Shown: positions 40,946 through 51,018 of the stretch, one piece after another
Layout of the letters: each line of letters opens with the position of its first letter
Numbering within the stretch: the first letter of the stretch is position 1
Assembly (NCBI GenBank): GCA_902593675.1
Contig: CACJJI010000004.1
Span: forward strand, 6,170 to 70,169
From: an uncultured SAR86 cluster bacterium
Lineage (GTDB): Bacteria > Pseudomonadota > Gammaproteobacteria > Magnimaribacterales > D2472
DNA: 64,000 bases
Direction of reading: 5' to 3'
Made by a program: the position numbers and the translations under genes
Notes under the pieces: generated by a model
The model's input: the letters and a program-made list of their open reading frames with translations, nothing else
The model's database searches: none
Told to the model about the DNA's origin: nothing

Positions 40946-41429
40946 GCCTCAACACCCCTTTAATAAACATGTCTTTTCCATAGATTAAATTAACTGATAA
41001 AGAATCAGAATTTTGGTGATCGCATTTTAGTTCAAAATCAAAATTCTTTAGGATAATTGATCTTTTATTTTTATCTAAATTTTTAAAGCATGCATCAAAA
41101 AAATACATATATTCTTTTGCATCAAACTTTTTTAATAAGACAAGGTATTCATCATCAATTTTTGGATCAAAAGAGAAAACGCCTGAAGAGTTAAACTCAA
41201 TCTTTAAGAGATTTCCAAATAAAGGCTTACCAATCTGTATAATAACGTTTTTAGGGAACGCTTTAATTTTGATATTAAAGTTAGAACTATTTATTTCATT
41301 GGTAAATGAGAATTTGCCTACATATAAATTTTCTGAAAATGTTGAATGAGATGTTGATGAGCATGAGCCCAAAAATATTAAAAAAAATATTAAGGTAATT
41401 TTTGTTATGGAATTAAGGCTATTTGGCAT
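40938..41429 (-). CDS. lolB: Outer-membrane lipoprotein LolB-like (short)
   Basis: Lipobox FLGSC after a hydrophobic signal. Its position, divergent from hemA and upstream of ispE, matches E. coli. At 163 aa it is shorter than E. coli LolB, and the call rests mainly on synteny. Confidence 0.6.
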   Translation of the reverse strand: MPNSLNSITKITLIFFLIFLGSCSSTSHSTFSENLYVGKFSFTNEINSSNFNIKIKAFPKNVIIQIGKPLFGNLLKIEFNSSGVFSFDPKIDDEYLVLLKKFDAKEYMYFFDACFKNLDKNKRSIILKNFDFELKCDHQNSDSLSVNLIYGKDMFIKGVLRRG

Positions 41430-42621
41430 AAATCATAAGACTACAAAGTTGTCTAACAGAGAGTTATTTATTATAAATGACTCTAATCAAGAAGACTTTA
41501 TAAATTTCTTTCTTGAACATTTTGGTGAGTCAATTGGTTCATTTTTTACCCTTTCTACTTGTAATAGAACAGAGGTTTATGTTTATGGAGCTTTATCAAG
41601 CATTTCATCCATTGCTCAAGAAACTCTTGAGTTCTTTGGTTCAAGTGATTCTTTGAAAAATGATTTATATTTTTTCAGTGGCAATGAGGCTCTTGAGCAT
41701 ATGTGCTTGGTTGCAAGTGGTCTTGATTCACAGGTTTTAGGCGAACAAGAGATATTGGGTCAATTTAAGAAATCAGTACAGATTTATATTGAGTTGCAAT
41801 GCCTGAAGGGAGAATTTCAGCGATTAACAGATGATATTATTTCAATTGCAAAAGCAGCTAGGACAGAAACACAAATTGGTTTTAATCCATTATCTGTATC
41901 AGGCTTATCATTAAAAATAGTTCAAGAAATTTTTGAAGATCCAGCCAAGCAAAATCTCACCATAGTAGGAGCTGGTCAAATGGCAACAAGCGTGATTGAA
42001 AATTTTTATAATAATGGCATTACCAAAATAAATGCAGTTAATCGATCAAAGAAAGTATTAACTATCAATGATTCTCTTTCTATGGAAACTACTCCATTAT
42101 CTCAACTTGGGGCAATGATTCAAAGTACCGATATTTTGGTGACATCTATTAATTCACCACTTCCTATTATTGGTAAGGGTTTGATAGAACAAGCGATGAA
42201 AGAAAGAAAAAATAAACCAATGCTATTAATTGATTTAGGCGTTCCAAGGAACGTAGAAGACCAAGTAAGGGACCTTGAATATGCATATCTTTTTACAATC
42301 GAGGATATTGAGCTAGTTACTCAAGAGAATTTAGAGGAGCGATCTCAAGAGGCATTAAAAGCAAAAAATATTATTAAACAAAGGATTGAGTTCTTAAATC
42401 AACATAAGGCAGACAAGTCTCAACGCAATAAAGCTTATCTTGCCCTAAAAGATATCTCTAGAAATATAGATGAGCATGAATTTATGAATTTATTAAAATC
42501 TGATGACCCATATGGCTCCCTCAAAGAAATGGGTATTGCTCCAGACGATCAGCTACAATATATTTCATCATTAACTCCTCACTCTATTTTATCTATGATT
42601 AAGGAAATCAGAAGTGCTTGA
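41407..42621 (+). CDS. hemA: Glutamyl-tRNA reductase
   Basis: Carries LFGINHKTT, the catalytic LSTCNRTEVY and the NADPH motif VGAGQMA. Confidence 0.9.
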   Translation: MELRLFGINHKTTKLSNRELFIINDSNQEDFINFFLEHFGESIGSFFTLSTCNRTEVYVYGALSSISSIAQETLEFFGSSDSLKNDLYFFSGNEALEHMCLVASGLDSQVLGEQEILGQFKKSVQIYIELQCLKGEFQRLTDDIISIAKAARTETQIGFNPLSVSGLSLKIVQEIFEDPAKQNLTIVGAGQMATSVIENFYNNGITKINAVNRSKKVLTINDSLSMETTPLSQLGAMIQSTDILVTSINSPLPIIGKGLIEQAMKERKNKPMLLIDLGVPRNVEDQVRDLEYAYLFTIEDIELVTQENLEERSQEALKAKNIIKQRIEFLNQHKADKSQRNKAYLALKDISRNIDEHEFMNLLKSDDPYGSLKEMGIAPDDQLQYISSLTPHSILSMIKEIRSA

Positions 42622-43705
42622 AGAATCCATTATTGCTAAATTAGAGAGCTTAAGATTACGATCTGCTGAGATTAACGATGCTCTTGCCCAAGAAGGTGCA
42701 ACTGATGATATGACGCACTTCACTAACTTGAATAAAGAGTATTCTGAAATTACTCCTATTGTAGAATTATTTAAAACATTGCAGGATACTGAAGCAGAGT
42801 TAAATGGTGCTAAGGAGCTTTTAGATTCTGGTGATTCTGAGTTAATAGAGCTTGCTAAAGTCGAAGTTAGCACTAATCAAGAAAAGATTATTGAGCTTGA
42901 GAACAGACTAAAGCTTATGCTTTTACCCAAGGATGAAGCAGATGATGGGGCTGCATATCTTGAAATCAGAGCCGGGGCAGGTGGTGACGAAGCAGCGATA
43001 TTCGCAGCAGATTTATTCAGAATGTATTCTAGATTGTCTGAGCGTCAAGGTTGGAAGTTAGAAGTTGTTAATACAAAGCCATCTGAGCCAAGTGGTTTAA
43101 AAGAGGCTGTTGTTAAGATTAACGGGCAGGGAGTGTTCAAATTTCTTAAATTTGAATCAGGGGTTCATCGTGTTCAAAGAGTTCCAGAGACTGAATCTCA
43201 AGGAAGGATTCATACCTCAACAGTTACAGTTGCAATTTTGCCAGAAGTTGATGAAGTTCAAGATATTGAAATAGATAAAAGCGAATTAAGGGTTGATACA
43301 TACAGGGCATCTGGTGCAGGGGGACAGCATGTGAATAAAACAGACTCTGCTGTTCGATTAACACACATTCCGACAGGAGTAGTGGTTGAGTGCCAAGATG
43401 ATCGATCTCAACACAAAAATAAAGCTAAAGCCATGGCATTGCTTGTTGCTAAATTGAAGCAAAATGAGATTGATGAACAGCAGAATACAATTGCCAGCGA
43501 AAGGAAAATTCTTGTAGGCACTGGAGATAGAAGCGAAAAGATAAGGACTTACAATTTTCCTCAAGGCCGTATAACTGATCATAGAATCAAGCTAACACAG
43601 CATAATTTAGATCAAGTGATGGATGGCGATATGATTTCAATATGCCAGGCGCTAGTTACAGAAAATCAATTAGCTCAGCTCTCTAACTTAGAAGAAACAT
43701 CATAA
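42614..43705 (+). CDS. prfA: Peptide chain release factor 1
   Basis: GTG start overlapping the end of hemA. Carries the GGQ motif (SGAGGQHVNKT) and a PxT tripeptide context (RVPETESQGRIHTS). Confidence 0.95.
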   Translation: MLEESIIAKLESLRLRSAEINDALAQEGATDDMTHFTNLNKEYSEITPIVELFKTLQDTEAELNGAKELLDSGDSELIELAKVEVSTNQEKIIELENRLKLMLLPKDEADDGAAYLEIRAGAGGDEAAIFAADLFRMYSRLSERQGWKLEVVNTKPSEPSGLKEAVVKINGQGVFKFLKFESGVHRVQRVPETESQGRIHTSTVTVAILPEVDEVQDIEIDKSELRVDTYRASGAGGQHVNKTDSAVRLTHIPTGVVVECQDDRSQHKNKAKAMALLVAKLKQNEIDEQQNTIASERKILVGTGDRSEKIRTYNFPQGRITDHRIKLTQHNLDQVMDGDMISICQALVTENQLAQLSNLEETS

Positions 43706-44527
43706 TTGAATCAAGGTTTAAAATATTATTTTTCTCTTGCTAGATCAAAAGAGTCTCAGCATCAAAATATTTTGCGAGACCTAAAATATTTCTTGAAGTC
43801 TCTTGAAGTAAGCAATGCTGTTATTACACTTGAAGATGAGTACGATTTATCTACTGAAGAAGTCTTAAAACTAGATGCTTTTTTTTCATCATACCTGGCT
43901 GGCATGCCTCTTGATTACATTCTAAATGAATCAGAATTCATGGGATATAAATTTTTTGTTGATTCAAGAGTGTTAATCCCCCGTCCAGAAACAGAATTAA
44001 TTGTTGAGTGGGTATTAGGCTTATCATTGAATAAAAACTCAACAATTTTTGAAGTTGGAACAGGCTCAGGTTGTATAGCGATTTCAATTTATTTAAAAAA
44101 TAATGAGCTTAAAATTCTTGCCACGGATCTTTCTGGACCAGCATTGGAAGTAGCTCAAATTAATAAAGATGTTCACAATTCTCACAACGTGACCTTTGTG
44201 CAATCTAATTGGTTGAGCTGCTCCTTAGAAAATTCTCTTGATTTAGTTATTTCTAACCCACCATATTTGCAGCCAGATGATCCACACTTAAGTGATCTTA
44301 ATCATGAGCCCTTGATGGCATTGACTGCTGAAAATGGATCACAAAGCTTTTTTCAAATTGCTTCGCAGGCAATCTATTCTTTAAAATTTGGGGGGAGGAT
44401 CATTTTTGAGCATGGTTATTCTCAAGCAGAAGAGGTTTCCAATATTCTTAAAGGTTTTGGTTATAAAAATATTGCTACCTGCAAAGACTTTCAAGGCTTG
44501 GACAGATATACCTTTGCAAATAAATAA
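43706..44527 (+). CDS. prmC: Release factor glutamine N5-methyltransferase
   Basis: TTG start directly after the prfA TAA. Carries the SAM motif EVGTGSGCI and the NPPY motif (ISNPPYL). Confidence 0.88.
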   Translation: MNQGLKYYFSLARSKESQHQNILRDLKYFLKSLEVSNAVITLEDEYDLSTEEVLKLDAFFSSYLAGMPLDYILNESEFMGYKFFVDSRVLIPRPETELIVEWVLGLSLNKNSTIFEVGTGSGCIAISIYLKNNELKILATDLSGPALEVAQINKDVHNSHNVTFVQSNWLSCSLENSLDLVISNPPYLQPDDPHLSDLNHEPLMALTAENGSQSFFQIASQAIYSLKFGGRIIFEHGYSQAEEVSNILKGFGYKNIATCKDFQGLDRYTFANK

Positions 44528-44631
44528 TATTATTTTCATATGATAAGATTTATTCTTGAGTATGAATGCAGGCTATAATTCTGCTGAAAAAAACCATAAA
44601 GATTACTACTAAATAATAAGGGGTTATTTCA

Positions 44632-46248
44632 ATGAAAGGTAATATGATGAAATGGGATTTAACTATCCCTCAGGCAATTTTACATGCCGAAAAATATAAT
44701 TTTGATGGCAAATTAGTTTCTCGAGAATTAGATGGCTCAATAAATTCAACTACATATGGAGAGTCAATTAAACGATCTAAAAAGCTGGCTAATGCCCTTG
44801 CAAAACTTGGTGTAAATAGACATGATCGAGTCGCAACTATTGCATGGAATAACAGCAGGCATTTTGAAACATATTTTGCTGTATCTGGAATGGGGGCCAT
44901 TCTTCATACCTTAAATCCAAGATACTCTCCTGATCAATTAATTTACATACTTAATCATGCAGAGGACGAGGTTTTAATTGTTGATCCTTCATTCATTCCG
45001 CTTGTGGAAAGCGTTCAAGATAAGTTAAATACTGTGAAAACAATAATTATTGCCTCATCAAAAGACTCTATTCCAGACAATAGCCTAAAAAATGCGCTAA
45101 GTTATGATGAGTTAATTGAGGGTGAATCTGATGAATTTGATTGGCCTGAATTAAATGAAGATGATGCAGTTGCTTTGTGTTATACCTCTGGTACTACTGG
45201 GAATCCTAAGGGAGTCTTGTATTCTCATAGGTCAACAATTTTGCATTCAATTTCAGTATCTGGAGCTATGGGTTTCGAATCATCTAGTTCAGTCTTGCCA
45301 GTTGTTCCTATGTTTCATGTTAATGCATGGGGCGTGCCTTATTGTGCATTGATTACTGGATTAACTTTGGTATTGCCTTGCCATGCTTTAGATGGAGAGT
45401 CCTTATATGAGCTAGTAGAACAAGAATCAGTTGACTCCATGTTGGGTGTTCCAACTGTGTGGCTTGGGTTATTGCAGTATCTTGAAGGAAAAGACCTTAA
45501 GCTTGATACGGTTGATCAAGTTTTGGTTGGAGGTTCTGCAGCGCCATATGCAATGATTAAGGCATTTGATGAACAACATGATGCATTTTTAACTCATGGT
45601 TGGGGAATGACAGAAATGAGTCCTCTTGGAACGATAAATGCTCCAACTAAGAAAACCCTAAGCCTTCCTAAGGAAGAAAGATATCAGCTTCAAACCAAAC
45701 AGGGTTATCCGATGTTTGGTGTAGAGATTAAGACCGTTGATGATGAAAATAATGAGCTGCCTAGAGATGGAGAAGCTAATGGTGCTTTAAAAGTTAAAGG
45801 CCCGTGGATCATGCATACATACTATAAAGCAGATGGTCCTGCGGTAGATAAAGAGGGTTGGTTTGATACAGGAGATGTTGCAACTATCCATCCAGATGGA
45901 TGCATGCAGATTGTCGATAGGGCAAAAGACGTTATTAAGACAGGCGGTGAATGGATAAGCTCTATAGATTTAGAAAATGCTGTTTTGACTCATGAGAATG
46001 TGCTTGAAGCATGTGTAGTAGGGGTCCCACATCCAAAGTGGGATGAAAGACCCTTGCTTTTTTTAATTACCAAAGATGGCAATGAAATAGATAAACAAGA
46101 AATAAATGATTTCCTATTAGAAAAGGTTGTTAAGTGGTGGCTACCAGATGATATTATATTTGTTAGCGAACTCCCTCATGGGGCAACTGGAAAATTATTA
46201 AAAGTTGAACTTAGAGAACAATACAAAGAGCATTTAATGGAGAAATAA
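44632..46248 (+). CDS. Medium/long-chain fatty-acid--CoA ligase (AMP-binding family)
   Basis: Carries [18 protein letters not shown] and a C-terminal GKLLK. An AAGGGG SD lies 7 nt upstream. Confidence 0.85.
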   Translation: MKGNMMKWDLTIPQAILHAEKYNFDGKLVSRELDGSINSTTYGESIKRSKKLANALAKLGVNRHDRVATIAWNNSRHFETYFAVSGMGAILHTLNPRYSPDQLIYILNHAEDEVLIVDPSFIPLVESVQDKLNTVKTIIIASSKDSIPDNSLKNALSYDELIEGESDEFDWPELNEDDAVALCYTSGTTGNPKGVLYSHRSTILHSISVSGAMGFESSSSVLPVVPMFHVNAWGVPYCALITGLTLVLPCHALDGESLYELVEQESVDSMLGVPTVWLGLLQYLEGKDLKLDTVDQVLVGGSAAPYAMIKAFDEQHDAFLTHGWGMTEMSPLGTINAPTKKTLSLPKEERYQLQTKQGYPMFGVEIKTVDDENNELPRDGEANGALKVKGPWIMHTYYKADGPAVDKEGWFDTGDVATIHPDGCMQIVDRAKDVIKTGGEWISSIDLENAVLTHENVLEACVVGVPHPKWDERPLLFLITKDGNEIDKQEINDFLLEKVVKWWLPDDIIFVSELPHGATGKLLKVELREQYKEHLMEK

Positions 46249-46249
46249 A

Positions 46250-46708
46250 ATGGCAATAACAATAGTGAAACCTGAGGATTTAAAAGATTATATTGGAAAG
46301 GATCTAGGAACCACTGAATGGTTTAAAGTTGATCAAGATAGAATTAATAAATTTGCTGATGCTACTGAAGATCATCAATTTATTCATGTTGACTCAGAAA
46401 AAGCTACTCCTATTTTCGGCTCAACAATTGCACATGGTTTTTTATCGCTTTCACTAGTTGCTGGTCTCGGTAAAGACACGGCACTTGTTGTTGAAGGTGC
46501 AAAAATGGGCTTAAATTATGGGCTAGACAAAGTTCGTTTTTTAAGTCCCGTGGCAGTTGATTCAAAAGTAAGGCTTCATACCTCAATTGTCGACATTACA
46601 GAAAAAAATCCTGGACAATATTTAGTGAAAGCTTCTGTAACTATGGAGATAGAAGGGGTTGAGAAACCAGCTTTTATTGCAGAAACATTGTCAATGTGGG
46701 TTATTTAA
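46250..46708 (+). CDS. MaoC-like (R)-specific enoyl-CoA hydratase/dehydratase (hot-dog fold)
   Basis: 152 aa with FADATEDHQFIHVD...TIAHGF. It starts 1 nt after the ligase stop. Confidence 0.8.
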   Translation: MAITIVKPEDLKDYIGKDLGTTEWFKVDQDRINKFADATEDHQFIHVDSEKATPIFGSTIAHGFLSLSLVAGLGKDTALVVEGAKMGLNYGLDKVRFLSPVAVDSKVRLHTSIVDITEKNPGQYLVKASVTMEIEGVEKPAFIAETLSMWVI

Positions 46709-47949
46709 ACTTCTTTTAAGATATCAAATTTATCAAAATAAAATTTAAAAGATTTATAGAATTCTGATTTATCTACATTAAAATCTTCTAAGTTATATAT
46801 AACTTGCCCGTGTTTACCCCTTTTGTTTGCATTTATATATTCTTTAATTTCATTATTTGCAATTTTATCAATCTCAAAAGAATTTTTTGAATAGATGCTC
46901 TTAACGCTATTAAGATTATCTTTTATAAGGTCATGAAAATAGACATCACTTTTTTGATTCGTAGGAATTAATTCATAATTTTCTGTAAAACTCATTAGAA
47001 GTTTTTTAATGCGATCATGCCAATAATTAAAATTATGTATTGGCTCGACTTTATATCTTCTAATCCTATCTCCATATGAGAGCATTGTTGCTGTTGATAA
47101 TACTACTGATAATGGATCCCTGTAAGTGATTGCAAAAGTTGCATCTGGAAATGTTGCAAGCAACGGAGTTATTTGCTCAAGATGCTGCGGTGATTTTAGT
47201 ATCCACTTTTTAGGCCCTTGAATGAATTGCATAGCCTTTAAGACATCTTTTAAGTATTGATAATGATTAATTTGATTATGTGAGAGGTAGTAATCCCTCC
47301 ATTCAGGAACATAAGCTAACCACTCAGGAAGATAAGTTGAAAAATCCATAGCCTGAAGTTCAATCTCTTCATGAATATGATTTGGATGCATATCATGCAT
47401 CGATTTCAGCAAAGGCATAGTTTGAAGGAAGCTCTCATATTCTTTAAATGCTTCTTCTTGTCTAGAGTCTTTTTTGTTGTCTAAATTTAGTATTTTTTCT
47501 TGAAATGGCCTCAGACTTTCCCAATATGGTAGAGATTTTAATCTTGAATCAGATGCTATAAGGTTTAAAAGATGCGTGGTGCCAGACCTTGGTAGACCAA
47601 TAATAATTATAGGTTTAGAGATAATTTCATCTTGATACTCAGGAAACTTTTTCTTAAATTTTTGAAATTTTAGTCTATTCTCTAAATATCTAACTTGATC
47701 ATTAAAAATACCAAGCTTTCCTATCCCTGCTAATCCCTCATCATTTGAAACCGACCGCATCAAAACATCTAATCTTAAAATAAAATCTTCATCTCCAAAA
47801 TCTTGAAGTCCTGAATTTTTGCATGCCTCATTGATGATAGCTTCAGCATGCAAATCTATTTTTAGCGTTTCACCATAATCTTTTGCAGCCTTTTGAAATT
47901 CACTAAGTATTGGATTTGTTAAATCATCAATTTTAATTTTTTTTGACAT
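46705..47949 (-). CDS. PAPS-dependent sulfotransferase family protein
   Basis: Has a 5'-PSB loop (GLPRSGTTHL) and a 3'-PB-like motif (YRDPLSVVLS). The 414-aa protein has about 105 aa of N-terminal region before the PSB loop. Confidence 0.75.
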   Translation of the reverse strand: MSKKIKIDDLTNPILSEFQKAAKDYGETLKIDLHAEAIINEACKNSGLQDFGDEDFILRLDVLMRSVSNDEGLAGIGKLGIFNDQVRYLENRLKFQKFKKKFPEYQDEIISKPIIIIGLPRSGTTHLLNLIASDSRLKSLPYWESLRPFQEKILNLDNKKDSRQEEAFKEYESFLQTMPLLKSMHDMHPNHIHEEIELQAMDFSTYLPEWLAYVPEWRDYYLSHNQINHYQYLKDVLKAMQFIQGPKKWILKSPQHLEQITPLLATFPDATFAITYRDPLSVVLSTATMLSYGDRIRRYKVEPIHNFNYWHDRIKKLLMSFTENYELIPTNQKSDVYFHDLIKDNLNSVKSIYSKNSFEIDKIANNEIKEYINANKRGKHGQVIYNLEDFNVDKSEFYKSFKFYFDKFDILKEV

Positions 47950-47951
47950 TT

Positions 47952-48701
47952 TCAGCTAGAAATTGAATAGCCTCCATCGACCCTTAGAGTTTCACCAGTG
48001 ATGTATCTCGCTGAATGAGATGTTAGAAATAATACAGCATTAGCTATATCAGCAGGATCCCCAAATTTTTTTAATGCAATTCTATTTAATATATCTTTTG
48101 AAAATTCTTCTGAATTGATGATGGGCTCAGTCATTCTAGTTTTTATATATCCGGCAGCTACAGCATTAACCCGAATTGATTGATCAGCCCATTTCATTGA
48201 TAAAGTCTTGATAAGCTGAACCAAACCACCTTTACCAGCTCCATAACCTGGAACAATTGGCATTCCAAAAAAAGATGTCATTGAAGCTATACCAATAATA
48301 GATGCGCCTCCTTGAAGATTGGATTGCATTAAAATAGGTTGAAGTAAATTAGATAATCTATAAAAGCTGTTTAGGTGAATATAGACGGCTCTATCAAAGA
48401 TATCAGGATCATCCTCACTTTTTCCGTCTGGAAAACTGAGACCACCATTATTAATAAGAATGTCTAATTTTTTTATAGATTTTTTAATTTCATCAATATT
48501 ATTTTTATCTTCTAGGTTTAATTTAATATAAGAAAATTCTTTTGGGATATCTTTATAGTCTTCTATGGAGGTTTTTGTTCCAGTAATTGTTACATTGGCG
48601 CCTGACGCTAAATAAGCCTCCGCAATAGCCTTACCAATACCACTTGTTCCGCCAGTGACAAGAATATCTGTATTAGAATAATCAAAAGAGATGTTGCTCA
48701 T
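47952..48701 (-). CDS. SDR family oxidoreductase
   Basis: Carries TGGTSGIGKA, NNGG and YGAGKGG. It lies 2 nt downstream of the sulfotransferase in the transcription order SDR then ST. The start is either 48701 or 48719. Confidence 0.8.
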   Translation of the reverse strand: MSNISFDYSNTDILVTGGTSGIGKAIAEAYLASGANVTITGTKTSIEDYKDIPKEFSYIKLNLEDKNNIDEIKKSIKKLDILINNGGLSFPDGKSEDDPDIFDRAVYIHLNSFYRLSNLLQPILMQSNLQGGASIIGIASMTSFFGMPIVPGYGAGKGGLVQLIKTLSMKWADQSIRVNAVAAGYIKTRMTEPIINSEEFSKDILNRIALKKFGDPADIANAVLFLTSHSARYITGETLRVDGGYSISS

Positions 48702-48725
48702 GAATAAATATAATAACATGTGAAT

Positions 48726-50000
48726 ATGGGATCTTTACTTATCAATAAAAGGCCTGGATCTTTAGATATAAAGCCAGCAAGCCAGTCAAAACCTTTTCAA
48801 ATAAATGATTTTATTTTTTTATCTGAAGGGGCTAGTAATAGCTATTTGATAGAAACATCTGAAGGAAATATTTTAATAAATACTGGACTAGGTGTAGAAG
48901 CTCCAATTCACAAACATTGTTTTGATCAAGTCAATAATAAAGAAATTAAATACATTATTTATACTCAAGGTCATGTGGATCATGTTGGAGGATCAGGTTT
49001 TTTTAAAGAATATAATCCTGATGCGACCCTAATTGCACAAAAAAATATTATCGAACATCAATCTTTTGATTCATTAACTCAAGGTGGAAGGGTATTAAAT
49101 GCATATAAATTTTTCGGAGAAATGATCGATCTGATGAATGATGCCATAGCCAAAGCAGAGAAAATGGGATTTAAAGATATTCAATCAATTGCTGAGCCAG
49201 ATGTCTTGTTTGATGATGAATATAGAATATCTTTAGGGGGGCTTGATTTAGAACTGTATTCCGTTCCTGGCGGAGAAACTTTGGATGCTCTCTTAGTCTA
49301 TCTACCACAACATAAAATTCTTTTTTCTGGAAATGCCTTTGGGCCTTTGTTTCCTCATATTCCAAATTTTTGTACTATCCGTGGGGATAGAATTAGGTTT
49401 GCAATTCCCTATCTAGATATGTGTAAAAAGGTTTTAGAGCTAAATCCTGAAGTATTAATTACAGGTCACTTTAAACCTATTGAGGGACAGAAATTAATCA
49501 ACAAAGAAGTAAAAAATCTTCATGATGCAGTTGAATACATTCACACCAAAACAGTAGATGGAATTAATTCTGGAAAAGATATGTTTAACTTAATGCAAGA
49601 GGTAGTTTTGCCAAGAGAATTATCAGTTGGAGAGGGGTATGGGACTGTTGAATGGGCTGTTCGTTCTATTTATGAGGGATATACAGGTTGGTTTAGACAT
49701 AATTCAACGACAGAATTATATGCTTACTCTCCAACAAATATTTTTCCTGATTTAAATGATTTAATTGATAAAGAAATCGCATTAAAAAGAATAAAAGTAC
49801 TTATTGATCAAAAAGAATATTTAAAAGCTATTAATATTTCTGAAATTATTATTTCTTCAGACGACAATAAAGAAGCATTAAAAATGTACTTAAATATTCA
49901 TCAAATTCTGCTTGAAGAAGCTCAAAAAAATTCAAATCGCTGGATAATTAAATGGCTAGAGTTTGAAATAGAAGAAACTAAAAATAAATTAAATGAATAA
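48726..50000 (+). CDS. Metallo-beta-lactamase-fold, alkyl-sulfatase-like protein (MBL plus dimerisation domain, no SCP2 domain, no signal peptide)
   Basis: The motif YTQGHVDHVGG corresponds to YTHSHxDHxGG of SdsA1/Pisa1-type sulfatases. YEGYTGWFRHNSTTELY and the helical C-terminus resemble the alkyl-sulfatase dimerisation domain. The start is ATG 48726 or GTG 48720. Confidence 0.6.
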   Translation: MGSLLINKRPGSLDIKPASQSKPFQINDFIFLSEGASNSYLIETSEGNILINTGLGVEAPIHKHCFDQVNNKEIKYIIYTQGHVDHVGGSGFFKEYNPDATLIAQKNIIEHQSFDSLTQGGRVLNAYKFFGEMIDLMNDAIAKAEKMGFKDIQSIAEPDVLFDDEYRISLGGLDLELYSVPGGETLDALLVYLPQHKILFSGNAFGPLFPHIPNFCTIRGDRIRFAIPYLDMCKKVLELNPEVLITGHFKPIEGQKLINKEVKNLHDAVEYIHTKTVDGINSGKDMFNLMQEVVLPRELSVGEGYGTVEWAVRSIYEGYTGWFRHNSTTELYAYSPTNIFPDLNDLIDKEIALKRIKVLIDQKEYLKAINISEIIISSDDNKEALKMYLNIHQILLEEAQKNSNRWIIKWLEFEIEETKNKLNE

Positions 50001-51018
50001 GAAAACCCATCAAATTAATATTCAAGGCCCCAATATCTTATCCCTTGATTTGGTTAATTATCCTAATATGGGAGCAAATGACTTAATTGTTGCTATTAAG
50101 TACTGTGGAATATGTGGAACTGATTTAAGTTATTTATCTTCGGGTGGATTAATGGGTCCTCAAAAGGAGCCAATGCCACTTGGTCATGAAATGTCAGGAG
50201 TAGTTATTGAAATTGGATCCAATATCAAAAATATTAATATTGATGATAGGGTGGCCATTAATCCTATGGGAAATAATAACAGCATCGGAAATGGTGGGCT
50301 AGAAGGAGGGATGACAAATTTTTTACTAGTAAAGAATGCCGTTTTAAATGAAAGTATTTTTAAATTACCAGAAGATATGTCATTTGAAATAGGCGCATTG
50401 GTAGAACCCTTTGCAGTTGCCTTAAGAACAATTCATCGTTCAAATTTAGATCCAAATTCAAAAATTGCGGTTTGCGGATTAGGATGCATTGGATTTGCAG
50501 TGGTTACATTGTTAAATTATTTTGGATACAAAAATATAGTTGCAGTAGATCTTCATAATCTAAGAGTTTCAAATGCAAATGATTTAGATTTTGTAAAAGC
50601 ATATACGGATTGGGATAGCTTCACCAATGCATTAAAAGAATTTCATGGCCAAGGGCAAGTATTCGGTATCCCTACTTCAAAAACAGATGTTTTTATTGAT
50701 TGCACAGGGAGTCATAAATTAATTAGTGACATAATTAATATTTCAAAAACACACACAAGAATAGTTGTTGCAGGATTGCATCAAGAGGAGGCATCTATTG
50801 ATTTCAGATCAGTCTTAATGCGTGAGCTTGCCATAACATGTTCTATGGCATATTCAAATATAGAATTTTCTGAATCATTGGAAATTTTATCAAAAGGCAT
50901 TATTGATCAAAGAAAATTTGTAAGCCATAAATGCAAGATTCAAGATCATAAAAAGGCATTTGAGCTGGCACAAGATGGCAATTTAGCATCAAAAGTTTTA
51001 ATTGACTTATGCAATTAG
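49993..51018 (+). CDS. Zinc-dependent medium-chain alcohol dehydrogenase
   Basis: Carries CGICGTDL, GHEMSGVV and the GLGCIG dinucleotide fold. It overlaps the upstream stop (ATGAATAA). Confidence 0.8.
   Translation: MNKKTHQINIQGPNILSLDLVNYPNMGANDLIVAIKYCGICGTDLSYLSSGGLMGPQKEPMPLGHEMSGVVIEIGSNIKNINIDDRVAINPMGNNNSIGNGGLEGGMTNFLLVKNAVLNESIFKLPEDMSFEIGALVEPFAVALRTIHRSNLDPNSKIAVCGLGCIGFAVVTLLNYFGYKNIVAVDLHNLRVSNANDLDFVKAYTDWDSFTNALKEFHGQGQVFGIPTSKTDVFIDCTGSHKLISDIINISKTHTRIVVAGLHQEEASIDFRSVLMRELAITCSMAYSNIEFSESLEILSKGIIDQRKFVSHKCKIQDHKKAFELAQDGNLASKVLIDLCN

Noticed and set aside
44549-44579. Sigma70 promoter for the acyl-CoA ligase (TTGAGT ... TATAAT)
   Set aside because: TATAAT at 44574-44579 is perfect, but the TTGAGT hexamer (44556-44561) is only 12 nt away. 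Hexamers at 17-18-nt spacing (TATTCT or TTATTC) are poor. This is not solid enough to call as a feature.
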